Assembly (NCBI GenBank): GCA_041658665.1
Contig: JBAZZR010000001.1
Span: 256,576-320,575 of the forward strand
Length of the DNA: 64,000 nt
Reading direction: 5' to 3'
Source of the DNA: Patescibacteria group bacterium
Lineage (GTDB): Bacteria > Patescibacteriota > Patescibacteriia > Patescibacteriales > UBA12465
Shown here: positions 17,015-27,846 of the stretch, piece after piece
How positions within the stretch are numbered: the first letter of the stretch is position 1
Layout of the letters: the number at the start of each line of letters is the position of its first letter
Notes under the pieces: generated by a model
What the model saw: the letters and a program-made list of their open reading frames with translations, nothing else
The model's database searches: none
What the model was told of the DNA's origin: nothing
Translations under genes and position numbers: made by a program

Positions 17015-17644
17015 ATGTCTAATTTAGGTGAAATTTTGTGTCAGCTAAACGAAGGAAAAACTTTTAATCTTCCGGAAGTGGTGGCTGAATGTGCAATTTC
17101 TAGTGCCGATTCTAGTGCCGATCATTGGTTGCATTCCCCCTTGAGGTTATATGAAAAAAATGGTTTATCTCTTTCCGGTCTTGATACGCCGCCCGTAGAT
17201 ATTATGGCTTTTGGTTTGACAGTGCCAGCGACATTTAAAGATTTATTTTTTTCTGTCGGAGGAATAAATATGGATTATTTATGCCTGACCACTGAGCAAT
17301 CTTTATTGTTTGTTTATCTCTATCGGCGTTTTATTATAAATATGGTTGGAGCTACTTGCTGCTTTCTATTTAAAGAACAAGATTCGTATAAAGTAGCTTG
17401 TGTTTCAATGTGGCCTAGCTGGTTTGAAAATTTAACGATAAGATCTTCTAAGTCTCAACTATTAATTCCTTTCCGAGATTTATCAATTAATTTATCAAAA
17501 GCGAAAAGTCAGGAAGATTGTCTTGGCTTAATAGGCGAAGGCAATGCTATAGTACAAACTTTCTCTCTTGATAATACTAATTTATTATCTCCGAGCATGA
17601 ATATTATAGCCCTGCGGCCACAACCTAAGCCAGAGGTAGTATAG
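17015..17644 (+). CDS. hypothetical protein
   Basis: 209 aa ORF with its own promoter, an SD (AAAGGAG) and a terminator. No recognisable motif. Confidence 0.5.
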   Translation: MSNLGEILCQLNEGKTFNLPEVVAECAISSADSSADHWLHSPLRLYEKNGLSLSGLDTPPVDIMAFGLTVPATFKDLFFSVGGINMDYLCLTTEQSLLFVYLYRRFIINMVGATCCFLFKEQDSYKVACVSMWPSWFENLTIRSSKSQLLIPFRDLSINLSKAKSQEDCLGLIGEGNAIVQTFSLDNTNLLSPSMNIIALRPQPKPEVV

Positions 17645-17680
17645 TAGTTCAAGTAGTACAGTGATTTCGGTTTATTCGAC

Positions 17681-17706
17681 GCCCTCTTAAAATAAGAGGG
17701 CTTTTT
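17681..17706 (+). terminator. rho-independent terminator
   Basis: GCCCTCTT-AAAAT-AAGAGGGCTTTTT. Confidence 0.7.
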
Positions 17707-17791
17707 AATACAAAATTTATTTTTATCCGGTTTAGAAAATTTCTGTTTTATGTTATAATTTAAGCTATAATGAAGATTATTTTCCGTTTAA

Positions 17792-19972
<2,181 letters not shown>

Positions 19973-19981
19973 TCATTATTT

Positions 19982-20269
19982 ATGGCGATTACTAAAGAAG
20001 AAATTAAACATATCGCGGAACTCGCGCGACTCGATTTAAGCGCCGAGGAACAAGAAAAATTCGGGGCACAGCTCGATTTGATTTTAGGTTATGTTAAACA
20101 ACTCGACGAAGTTAATACTAAAGGCGTAGAAATAACTTCTCAAGTTAGCGGTTTAGTAGACGTTTGGCGCGAAGATGAGGCGAAAGACTGGCCGAGAGAT
20201 GAAGTTGAAAGAGCTTTAAGCCAGGGAGATTTAGAAGGCGGACAGGTCAAAGTTAAGAAAGTTTTGTAA
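19982..20269 (+). CDS. gatC: Asp/Glu-tRNA amidotransferase subunit C
   Basis: 95 aa with typical GatC sequence (IAELARLDLSAEEQEKF...QLDEVNT). Sits directly upstream of gatA. Confidence 0.9.
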   Translation: MAITKEEIKHIAELARLDLSAEEQEKFGAQLDLILGYVKQLDEVNTKGVEITSQVSGLVDVWREDEAKDWPRDEVERALSQGDLEGGQVKVKKVL

Positions 20270-20281
20270 ATAAACGGGGAT

Positions 20282-21721
20282 ATGAATTTAAACGAACTGA
20301 CTATAAAAAAAGCGCGGCAGAAATTAATGGCGGGCGAAATTAGTGCGCTTAGTTTAACCGTCGCCTGTTTAGAAAAAATAAAAAAAGCCGATTCTGATAT
20401 CCGGGCCTGTTTAACTGTCTGTGAAGAAGAGGCGATTTTAGAGGCTAAATTAGCTGATGAAAGAATAGCCGCCGGCGAGAAGGGAGGTCTTTTAGGTATT
20501 CCTTATTTATGTAAAGACAATATCATGACTAAGGGGATACGGACGACCGCCGCTTCGCTTATTCTTGACGGTTATACGGCGCCCTACGACGCGACAGTTG
20601 TTAAAAAATTAAAAGAGGCGGGAGCGATTCTTTTAGGCAAGACTAATTTAGACGAATTCGCGCATGGCGCTTCGACTGAAAATTCCGCTTATGGACCGAC
20701 GAAAAATCCTCACGATTTATCGCGGGTGCCTGGCGGTTCTTCGGGCGGGAGTGCGGCCGCTCTAGCGGCGGATATGTGTTTATTTGCGATTGGGTCAGAC
20801 ACCGGTGGTTCGATTCGTTATCCGGCGAGTTTTTGCGGCGTCGTCGGGCTTAAGCCTAGTTACGGCCGAGTTTCCCGTTCTGGTTTATTATCAATGACTT
20901 CTTCGACTGACGTTATTGGCCCCTTAGCTAAAACTGTTTATGACGCGGCGCTGGTTTTACAAGTAATCGCCGGTCGAGATAAATTAGACGCTACGACGGC
21001 CTTAGAAGAGGTCGATGATTATAGCGCCGAATTAGAGTCATCGTTTAGTTTAAACGGTTTGACGATTGGGCTGCCGAATGAATATTTTTTGCCGGAATTA
21101 AATAAACAAGTGGCGCAAAGAGTAAAAGAAGCCGCTCGTAAATTAGAAACGGCGGGAGCTAAGTTAATACCGGTTAGTTTGCCTTATACTAAATACGGAA
21201 TTCCGGTTTATTATGTTATTACTCCGTCAGAGATAAGTTCTAATTTAGCGCGTTTTGATGGTATTGGCTGGGGTTTAGCTAATGATGAGGCTAAAAATTT
21301 ACAGGAGTTATATAAGCTCACGCGCGGCCAAGGTTTTGGGCCGGAAGTAAAAAGACGAATAATGCTCGGCACTTATGCTTTAAGCGCTGGTTATTATGAC
21401 GCTTATTATAAGAAAGCTCAATCGGTTAGAACTTTAATTATTAAGGATTTTACCGCCGCTTTTAAAAAAGTTGATTTATTACTAACGCCGACGGCGCCGC
21501 ACGCCGCTTTTAAAATTGGTGATCAGGTTAATGACCCTTTGGCGATGTATTTAGAAGATGTTTTCGTAACGGGCGCTTCGCTCGCCGGACTTCCGGCTAT
21601 TTCTGTCCCGGCCGGTCGGGTAGATATTGAGGCGGGGCGGCTAATGCCTATTGGCGCTCAATTAATTGCCCCTCGGTTAGAAGAGAAACTGCTTTTAAAG
21701 GTCGCGGAAATTTTAGAATAA
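20282..21721 (+). CDS. gatA: Asp/Glu-tRNA amidotransferase subunit A
   Basis: 479 aa. Amidase signature GGSSGGSAAALA and GSDTGGSIR. Confidence 0.92.
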   Translation: MNLNELTIKKARQKLMAGEISALSLTVACLEKIKKADSDIRACLTVCEEEAILEAKLADERIAAGEKGGLLGIPYLCKDNIMTKGIRTTAASLILDGYTAPYDATVVKKLKEAGAILLGKTNLDEFAHGASTENSAYGPTKNPHDLSRVPGGSSGGSAAALAADMCLFAIGSDTGGSIRYPASFCGVVGLKPSYGRVSRSGLLSMTSSTDVIGPLAKTVYDAALVLQVIAGRDKLDATTALEEVDDYSAELESSFSLNGLTIGLPNEYFLPELNKQVAQRVKEAARKLETAGAKLIPVSLPYTKYGIPVYYVITPSEISSNLARFDGIGWGLANDEAKNLQELYKLTRGQGFGPEVKRRIMLGTYALSAGYYDAYYKKAQSVRTLIIKDFTAAFKKVDLLLTPTAPHAAFKIGDQVNDPLAMYLEDVFVTGASLAGLPAISVPAGRVDIEAGRLMPIGAQLIAPRLEEKLLLKVAEILE

Positions 21722-21758
21722 AATAAGTTAGGAAAAAATATCTAGATTAATAAATTTT

Positions 21759-22481
21759 ATGAGGACAACTATTAAGTGGAATAAATCTACTTTGTATTTA
21801 GGCTTAGCGGTCATTGTCGTTTTGGCGGCGATATTTTTATCACTGTTTCGTTATTTTAAAAAAGCCCCAGAGGATGTTATTGTGAATGATGTAGTGTCTA
21901 AAGGAGCCGTGGCCCAAAGTTACTCCGTCTTAAGTTCGCCGCGCTTAAAAGATGATGATAAATTTTTTGGCCCAGAAGAAGCTTTGCTTAAAATTTTTGT
22001 CTTTGAAGATTATACTAGTTCTTATAGCGCTTCTTTAGCGGATACTTTAGATCGGATTAAAGCCGAGCTGGGCGATAAAGTAGCGGTGGTTGTTCGCCCT
22101 TTTTCTAGTAATTCTTTAGAAGCCCTCGAAGCGGCTCGCGCCGTCTTTTGCGCGGGCCAAGAAGGGAAATGGAAAGAAATGCGCGCTTTATTATTTATAA
22201 GAGCCAAGAATAAACAGCTGATTACTGACGATTGGTCGCCGTATATTGGACAGTTGAAATTAGCGGAAAATAATTTTTTAAGTTGCTTGACTAATCAAAA
22301 AAAATCAGGAACAATAGAGCAGTTGTTAGGCGAAGCAAAAAATTATGGCGTCCAAGGAGCGCCGACTATTTTTATCAGCGATGAACTCGTGGTTGGCGCG
22401 CGGCCGTATGACGATTATGTTGATTCTAACGGTGATAAAATTGAAGGTTTAAAATCTTTAGTAATTAGAAAATTATTTTAA
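21759..22481 (+). CDS. membrane-anchored DsbA-like thioredoxin-fold protein with SxxS in place of CxxC
   Basis: 240 aa with an N-terminal TM. The DsbA-family pattern (FVFEDYTSSYSAS..., CAGQEGKWKEM, GAPTIFI) is present, but the active-site position reads S-S-Y-S. Confidence 0.6.
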   Translation: MRTTIKWNKSTLYLGLAVIVVLAAIFLSLFRYFKKAPEDVIVNDVVSKGAVAQSYSVLSSPRLKDDDKFFGPEEALLKIFVFEDYTSSYSASLADTLDRIKAELGDKVAVVVRPFSSNSLEALEAARAVFCAGQEGKWKEMRALLFIRAKNKQLITDDWSPYIGQLKLAENNFLSCLTNQKKSGTIEQLLGEAKNYGVQGAPTIFISDELVVGARPYDDYVDSNGDKIEGLKSLVIRKLF

Positions 22482-22495
22482 AGTCTAAATTTAGA

Positions 22496-22580
22496 GGAGA
22501 GGTCGCATAGCGGTCTAGTGCGCACGCCTGGAAAGTGTGTGTACCGCAAGGTACCGAGGGTTCGAATCCCTCTCTCTCCG
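22496..22580 (+). tRNA. tRNA-Ser (anticodon GGA)
   Basis: Hand-folded class II tRNA: acceptor GGAGAGG/TCTCTCC, anticodon arm CACGC-CTGGAAA-GTGTG, long variable arm (GTACCGCAAGGTAC), T arm GAGGG-TTCGAAT-CCCTC, discriminator G. No encoded CCA. Confidence 0.85.
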
Positions 22581-22760
22581 CAACATCGTGCTAGCACGAG
22601 GTACTTAGAAATAGAGCTTATTTAGGCTCTATTTTTAGTTGTAAAAAAGGCTTATTTTTAGCATATATTTCAATTATGACAACTTTTGTCATTTTTTGAC
22701 TTTTTAGCCTAAAAATAGTAATCTTAAAATATATTTCTAAACCAATTAAACCATTTTAAT

Positions 22761-23513
22761 ATGAGAATTAATGAGTGGTCAGGCGGCGACAAAGAGAAAC
22801 TGGAGGAAAATCAGATTAAGGCAGCTTGCTGGGAACTTACTATTTCTGGCAAAATACCCTTTAATGAAGAGTTTAGTAAGATAAATAGTGAAGACATTCT
22901 TGAGGATACTTACTTTCACAACGGAATGTTTACAGAGGATTTAAAAAAGGAAATTGAATCTTGGGACTTAAGAAAAAAATTTATACATTTAGGTGATGCC
23001 GTATTTTACGACCAAAGCAAAGATAAATTTTTTTACGAAAAAACTCTTGGCTTTAATGAAAAAGAAGCATCAGAAAAAGGATTCGCCCTCAGTCAAAAAA
23101 ATGAAGACGGCGGATTTTTGGAGTCGACTGGGGAATTTGATGTTTTCAAAGAAAAAGCAAAAAAACAACTTAATAAAAAATTAGTATACCCGTCTGATGT
23201 TAATGAAAAGTATATGTTATTAAAGACGTCTGATGCGGCCTACTTGATTAGAAATTTTTCCGGCAATAATAATTACCATCATTACCCAAAAAATTTACTT
23301 CCTCTAGATAATCCTCTGGGCATTGCTCGTATGGGTGACTATAGATTTTCGAAACTTCCGGCTGAGATGTATGATGAGTTAAAGGATAAGGTAATAACAA
23401 GGTCTGACGAAAGCCTAGAAATATTTGATGAAAAATTTGACGCAGTGAAAGGAGGAAGAATATTAACAGATTTTCAATACCCTGGTTTAAAGTACGGAGA
23501 GTCATCTGAGTAA
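22761..23513 (+). CDS. hypothetical acidic protein
   Basis: 250 aa ORF, the first unit after tRNA-Ser. No recognisable motif. Confidence 0.45.
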   Translation: MRINEWSGGDKEKLEENQIKAACWELTISGKIPFNEEFSKINSEDILEDTYFHNGMFTEDLKKEIESWDLRKKFIHLGDAVFYDQSKDKFFYEKTLGFNEKEASEKGFALSQKNEDGGFLESTGEFDVFKEKAKKQLNKKLVYPSDVNEKYMLLKTSDAAYLIRNFSGNNNYHHYPKNLLPLDNPLGIARMGDYRFSKLPAEMYDELKDKVITRSDESLEIFDEKFDAVKGGRILTDFQYPGLKYGESSE

Positions 23514-23636
23514 TAGTGACTTTTAATTTTTATTTTAAAGCCCCCCTCACTCCTGGCGTAACCACTTTTCGGTATAGTGCGAAGCTTGTCGTAGAAAGTA
23601 CTAAAGATTATATTTTTAATATGAAAAAATATAAAT

Positions 23637-23675
23637 ATAGTACCAAGCACCCCGCCAATATTGACATAAAATACC
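23637..23675 (+). repeat. cassette-junction element copy (contains a TTGACA -35 box)
   Basis: ATAGTACCAAGCACCCCGCCAATATTGACATAAAATACC, homologous to the copy at 24370-24405. Confidence 0.5.
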
Positions 23676-23746
23676 AATATGCTATTATGTAAATACATTC
23701 AGAATATGGTGATTAATGAAGAAATTCCTTTGTTTTACTAAAACCA

Positions 23747-23783
23747 CCCACCCTGCCTCCGAAAGGGGGCACGGTGGGTTTTT
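23747..23783 (+). terminator. strong GAAA-tetraloop hairpin plus T-run, ending 6 nt before the NYN start codon
   Basis: CCCACCCTGCCTCC-GAAA-GGGGGCACGGTGGGTTTTT. Confidence 0.6.
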
Positions 23784-23789
23784 CATTAT

Positions 23790-24344
23790 ATGGGCAAGGA
23801 TAAAGAAATAAGAGTTGCTATCTATATCGACGGAAGCAACTTGTATCACAAATTAAAAGATTTAAAAATTGAAAGAACTACCGAGTTTGACTATCTTGGT
23901 TTATGCAATCTTCTGGCCAGAAAAAGGGTTATTGTTTCTTATCGTTATTATGTAGGCGCTGTTAGAGCTAAGGTAGGGGATTCTTTGAGCCAGTCTAAAA
24001 GATATGGACAGCAAAAGTTATTTAATCATTTAGAAAATCAGGGTTTTCGTGTTAAGCAAGGCTATTTAATGGAAAACGGCGGGATATTTCACGAAAAGGG
24101 TGTTGATGTTAAAATTTCCGTTGATTTATTGGTTGGTGCTTATGATGATTTGTATGATGTTGCTATTTTAATTTCTTCGGATACGGATTTAATTCCGGCT
24201 ATTAAAAAAGTAAGACATTTAGGCAAAGAATTAGAATATGTGGGCTTCTCCCATCTTCCTAGTTTTGCTCTGCAGAAAAATGCGACATTATCAAGATTAT
24301 TGTTAAGGGACGATTTGGAAGAATTTATTAAAAAAGACGAATAG
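23790..24344 (+). CDS. NYN (LabA-like, PIN-related) domain protein
   Basis: 184 aa. IYIDGSNLY, GVDVKISVDLL and ILISSDTDLIPAIKKV are typical of NYN domain nucleases. Confidence 0.75.
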   Translation: MGKDKEIRVAIYIDGSNLYHKLKDLKIERTTEFDYLGLCNLLARKRVIVSYRYYVGAVRAKVGDSLSQSKRYGQQKLFNHLENQGFRVKQGYLMENGGIFHEKGVDVKISVDLLVGAYDDLYDVAILISSDTDLIPAIKKVRHLGKELEYVGFSHLPSFALQKNATLSRLLLRDDLEEFIKKDE

Positions 24345-24369
24345 TCTTATTCTTAATCTCTTTTCCAAC

Positions 24370-24405
24370 ATAGTACCAAGTTCTCCGCGTACAAAATAAA
24401 ATACC
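24370..24405 (+). repeat. cassette-junction element copy
   Basis: ATAGTACCAAGTTCTCCGCGTACAAAATAAAATACC. Confidence 0.55.
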
Positions 24406-24426
24406 CCAGCGGGGTGTTTTATTTTG
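24398..24426 (+). terminator. rho-independent terminator
   Basis: AAAATACCCC-AGC-GGGGTGTTTTATTTT. Confidence 0.6.
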
Positions 24427-24623
24427 TAAGGAGATAAGAGCTTTGGCTATGCTCCAATAATTTTAGCTAAAGATTTTAACTATCAAAAAACTAACGCCGA
24501 ATTTAACCCCAAGGATCTCATTGGTGTTAACCATAGGGGAAAGGCTTTTCGTAAAGCTATTCAAATTTTGAATGATTATTTTAAAAAAGAGGCGTAGATA
24601 AATAATTTTGGCAAATTACTATT

Positions 24624-24651
24624 CCCACTACGTCCCTCTCTCCGCAGATTG
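24624..24651 (+). repeat. cassette-junction element copy (tRNA-Ser 3'-end-like)
   Basis: CCCACTACGTCCCTCTCTCCGCAGATTG. The core TCCCTCTCTCCGCA compares with the tRNA 3' end TCCCTCTCTCTCCGCA. Confidence 0.65.
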
Positions 24652-24654
24652 TCA

Positions 24655-24680
24655 AAATAGCACCAAATGTGCTATTTTTT
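24655..24680 (+). terminator. rho-independent terminator ending 5 nt before the 24685 start codon
   Basis: ATAGCAC-CAAAT-GTGCTATTTTTT. The track ORF's ATG at 24667 lies inside this hairpin. Confidence 0.6.
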
Positions 24681-24684
24681 GTAT

Positions 24685-25224
24685 ATGAATGTTTTATTAA
24701 ATAATCAAAAAATAAATTTTGACTCCAGTGATTTCCCGATGTTAATCTCTGGTGCGGAAAAGACGGGTTCGTCATTTTTTAGTATATGTTTATTAGCTGA
24801 ATTGTTAAAAAATGGTTATAAAGTATTATTTTTTTCGGCTTACCCTATGGCTAAGGAAGAATTTAGAAAACAAATAGGTGATAAAATTGAGAATGCCGTA
24901 ATTATCGAATCTGGCGAAGAAGGGGATTTAATAAAAGAGATTAAAAATATCTCAGATTTAGAAGAACGTTTTGTTTTAATAAAAAATATTGATATATACA
25001 GCCATAAAATATTTGACGTCCTAAAAGACTTAGAATTAGTTATTTTTTCGGGTGATTTAGATAAGTGCCAATTTGCTGATAGTTTAATTAATAAAGCTTT
25101 TTCATCTAAGATATTTTTTTCGCCATCAGAGAAATATTCGCACAGCATGGTATCAAATTTGGCAAAGTTTTGTGGAGAAATAGTTAGTAAAAAACATAAT
25201 GGTATAATTAGTTTGGATGTTTAG
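24685..25224 (+). CDS. hypothetical protein with degenerate P-loop-like motif
   Basis: Start moved to M7 of the track ORF. ISGAEKTGSS resembles Walker A and FVLIKNID resembles Walker B. The assignment is weak. Confidence 0.4.
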   Translation: MNVLLNNQKINFDSSDFPMLISGAEKTGSSFFSICLLAELLKNGYKVLFFSAYPMAKEEFRKQIGDKIENAVIIESGEEGDLIKEIKNISDLEERFVLIKNIDIYSHKIFDVLKDLELVIFSGDLDKCQFADSLINKAFSSKIFFSPSEKYSHSMVSNLAKFCGEIVSKKHNGIISLDV

Positions 25225-25254
25225 TAAAAAATTATGTTTTCATAATAGCCATCT

Positions 25255-25292
25255 CAACTACGTCTCACCCTCTCCACTAACAAAAAATACCC
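25255..25292 (+). repeat. cassette-junction element copy
   Basis: CAACTACGTCTCACCCTCTCCACTAACAAAAAATACC. It bridges the two sequence variants of the element. Confidence 0.55.
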
Positions 25293-25317
25293 GATTTTTG
25301 AATTGTACTCCATAAAA

Positions 25318-25344
25318 TAGACACGGAAACGTGTCTACTTTTTT
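25318..25344. terminator. bidirectional terminator between convergent genes
   Basis: TAGACACG-GAAA-CGTGTCTACTTTTTT, with an A-rich run on the other side. Confidence 0.65.
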
Positions 25345-25378
25345 GTGGTTAAATTGAATTATGCTATTGAATATATCA

Positions 25379-27088
25379 TCACTGAAGCTGCTTAAACGAT
25401 ACAGTTGCGGCGCTTTGATTTGTTGTGCTAGAATTTCCCGGTATGCCAATCGCGGCCGAATTTCCGGCAGCCGCATTAACGCTTAAAAATGAATTTGTGG
25501 TAGTCGTTTCGATAATAACACTGCCGCTGACAGAGCCGTTCGGCGATTTACCAATCATCGTATAAGGAAGAGGCGCCATATCGGTAATCGTAGCACCAAA
25601 ATATAAGACAACGCCGCCATCTTCAGGGTATGTCATTTGATAATTTATTTCATAGCGCCCGATATTGGCCAAAGTAAAAATTGTGCCACTGGCTTCGAAT
25701 TGTGGGAATATAGCAGTTTCAGAAGTGATTCCTGGTGTTGATAAAACGGTTGTGGTGTAGGTAAATGGCTTACCGGCAGCGACTGTGGCTAAGGCTCCTA
25801 ATTGAACGTATTGAGCAGAAGATATTACGCCGCTTGTTCCAGTATCGCCCTTATCACCTTTATCACCCTTATCTCCTTTTGGTCCGGCCACAATTGAATC
25901 AGCCCCCGTTGCGCCAGCCAGACCACTTGCGCCAGTCGCACCGATATCACCGGTTGCTCCAATACTGCCGGTTGCTCCAATACTGCCGGTTGCCCCGGCA
26001 GATCCAGCTGCACCCGTTGCCCCAACCGCACCAGTTGAACCTGTCGCACCAGTTGAACCAGCAAGACCACTTGCTCCAGTTGCTCCAATACTGCCGGTTG
26101 CTCCTGTCGCGCCTGTCGCGCCAGTTGGCCCGGTAAGACCAGTTATGCCTACAGATCCAGTCAGTCCGATTGGTCCGGTCACGCCGATTGGTCCTGTTAG
26201 TCCCGTTAATCCTGTGATTCCGGTTAAACCAATTTCCCCCGTATCTCCAATGGGTCCAATAATTCCAGTTAAACCGATAGTACCGGTCGCACCAGCTGGT
26301 CCAGTAAGACCAGTTATACCTACAGATCCAGTTAGTCCGATTGGTCCGGTTATTCCAATTGGTCCAGTAAGTCCTGTTAGTCCCGTTAATCCTGTTATTC
26401 CAGTTAAACCAATAGCTCCAGTATCTCCAATAGGCCCGATAGTACCAGTCAGTCCAATAGTACCCGCTGTACCCGTTGCACCGGTAGAGCCAATTGCTCC
26501 CGTAGAGCCAGTTGCCCCGGCAGATCCAGTCGCTCCCGTAGAACCGGTTGCACCTCTACTACCCGACCAACCAGGCATGCCCGTCGCGCCCGTTGCCCCT
26601 GTCGCGCCCGTTGCCCCTGTCGCGCCCGTCGCACCAATATTACCCGTTAGTTTGTTTATTATAAGTTTGTTTAATTTTTCTCTAGTTGTCTGATTAACTA
26701 TTCCTTCGGCCTTTAGGCCCTCTTTTATTTGAAAATGTTTAACGGCATTTTCCGTGAGCGATCCAAAATAACCAGTAACTAATCCTTCGGGGTAAATATC
26801 GGGGAATTGTTTAAGAAATTCTTGTAATTTTTTTACTTCTTCACCCTGTGCGCCTGTTTGTAGAGGTTTTGTAAACGGCGCGGCGGCTGGTACCAGTCGG
26901 GTTTCTAAAGTAACATTCTTTGATTCTAATTTTGGTTCCGACTTCGGCTCCGACTTCGGTTCTGATTTCTCAACTTTTTGCGGTAGCGGTGAAGTTATTA
27001 ATTCTAAACTTTCGCCTCCCGCATGAACCACAAAAGGTGAAAAAAACAAGGCTGCTAGAAGAATATTGAGAATCACTTTATTTTTCAT
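25379..27088 (-). CDS. secreted collagen-like (Gly-X-Thr) protein with peptidoglycan-binding domain and BclA/C1q-like C-terminal domain
   Basis: 569 aa. Contains a signal peptide, (SEPK)x3, and a PG_binding_1-like segment ([11 protein letters not shown]...[15 protein letters not shown]). By hand count there are about 82 uninterrupted G-X-Y triplets plus 6 more after a 4-residue break. The C-terminal approx 150 aa globular domain has a BclA-CTD-like pattern. Confidence 0.85.
   Translation of the reverse strand: MKNKVILNILLAALFFSPFVVHAGGESLELITSPLPQKVEKSEPKSEPKSEPKLESKNVTLETRLVPAAAPFTKPLQTGAQGEEVKKLQEFLKQFPDIYPEGLVTGYFGSLTENAVKHFQIKEGLKAEGIVNQTTREKLNKLIINKLTGNIGATGATGATGATGATGATGMPGWSGSRGATGSTGATGSAGATGSTGAIGSTGATGTAGTIGLTGTIGPIGDTGAIGLTGITGLTGLTGLTGPIGITGPIGLTGSVGITGLTGPAGATGTIGLTGIIGPIGDTGEIGLTGITGLTGLTGPIGVTGPIGLTGSVGITGLTGPTGATGATGATGSIGATGASGLAGSTGATGSTGAVGATGAAGSAGATGSIGATGSIGATGDIGATGASGLAGATGADSIVAGPKGDKGDKGDKGDTGTSGVISSAQYVQLGALATVAAGKPFTYTTTVLSTPGITSETAIFPQFEASGTIFTLANIGRYEINYQMTYPEDGGVVLYFGATITDMAPLPYTMIGKSPNGSVSGSVIIETTTTNSFLSVNAAAGNSAAIGIPGNSSTTNQSAATVSFKQLQ
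26123..26473. repeat. internal tandem duplication (about 175 bp x2) within the collagen-like region
   Basis: The peptide blocks [60 protein letters not shown] and [57 protein letters not shown] are adjacent. The DNA is visibly near-identical. Confidence 0.7.
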
Positions 27089-27176
27089 ATTTTTATATAC
27101 GAATTTATTATACTACATTTTTTGATTTTTTAATAATTTGATCTCCATATTTACTAGCCTTTTTATACAAAGCCGT

Positions 27177-27206
27177 CCCCACTATGTCCACTCTCTCCGC
27201 AGATTG
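27177..27206 (+). repeat. cassette-junction element copy (tRNA-Ser 3'-end-like)
   Basis: CCCCACTATGTCCACTCTCTCCGCAGATTG. By hand alignment 27 of 29 positions are identical to the copy at 24624. Confidence 0.65.
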
Positions 27207-27288
27207 AACTTTAAAACGAGTGGTGCTAAGATTTAATTAAATGCCATCACTACAAAAATAAACATAATATTTTATTGTATTAAAAAAT

Positions 27289-27702
27289 ATGGAAGAACAA
27301 AAAGAAGCTATAAAAGTAGGGGTGGTCGCTGGTGTTGTTATTAGGCAAGACGGTAAATTTTTATTGTTACAGGAGAAACAGCCTAAAGCTTATGGGCTCT
27401 GGAATTTTCCAGCTGGCCACGTTGATATCGGTGAGTCGCTGGAACAAGCGGCTGTCAGAGAAGCTAAGGAAGAGTCCGGATATGATGTGGAGCTAATTAA
27501 AGAGCTTGCTATTTTTCATGTTCAATCAACTGATGTCGTAAAACATGCTTTTGCAGGTAAAATAGTGGGTGGAGAATTAAAATTTCCTGTTGATGAAATA
27601 TTAGATGCTCAGTGGTTTACCTTCGATGAAATAAAACATATGAAAGATCAACTTAGAGGTGGGTGGATACTGGAAAGTATAAGTATTTTAGAAAATGAAT
27701 AG
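27289..27702 (+). CDS. Nudix hydrolase
   Basis: 137 aa with a complete Nudix box, GHVDIGESLEQAAVREAKEESG. Confidence 0.85.
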   Translation: MEEQKEAIKVGVVAGVVIRQDGKFLLLQEKQPKAYGLWNFPAGHVDIGESLEQAAVREAKEESGYDVELIKELAIFHVQSTDVVKHAFAGKIVGGELKFPVDEILDAQWFTFDEIKHMKDQLRGGWILESISILENE

Positions 27703-27731
27703 ATAATAAATAGATTTTGTCTATAAGCAAT

Positions 27732-27765
27732 CGCCGTTCTAATTACTTCCTATCCTCCTCCGCAA
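27732..27765 (+). repeat. cassette-junction element copy (degenerate)
   Basis: CGCCGTTCTAATTACTTCCTATCCTCCTCCGCAA. Confidence 0.45.
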
Positions 27766-27846
27766 ACATGCAAACTTTGTAGCGAATTAAGACTTGTAAA
27801 CATTTAAGAAAATTTAAAAAAAATATAAATATTTTTTCTTAATCTC

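Noticed and set aside
20282-21721. Absence of gatB next to gatCA as an anomaly.
   Set aside because: gatB is frequently unlinked from gatCA in bacteria, and the window cannot show whether it is present elsewhere.
25838-26644. Highly periodic 9 bp DNA repeat that could be mistaken for a CRISPR array or minisatellite.
   Set aside because: The period is 9 nt (GGN-NNN-ACN), with no spacer/repeat alternation and no cas genes. It is fully explained as coding sequence for collagen-like triplets. No CRISPR array was seen anywhere in the window.
25765-26693. Four track ORFs (25765-26136 +, 25825-26088 -, 26145-26693 +, 26449-26637 -) with Pro/Val/Ile-rich or Gln/Leu/Arg-rich low-complexity translations.
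   Set aside because: They are alternative-frame or antisense readings of the Gly-X-Thr codon repeats of the collagen-like gene (25379-27088). That gene has the signal peptide, flanking domains and coherent architecture. The periodic DNA keeps all frames open by chance.
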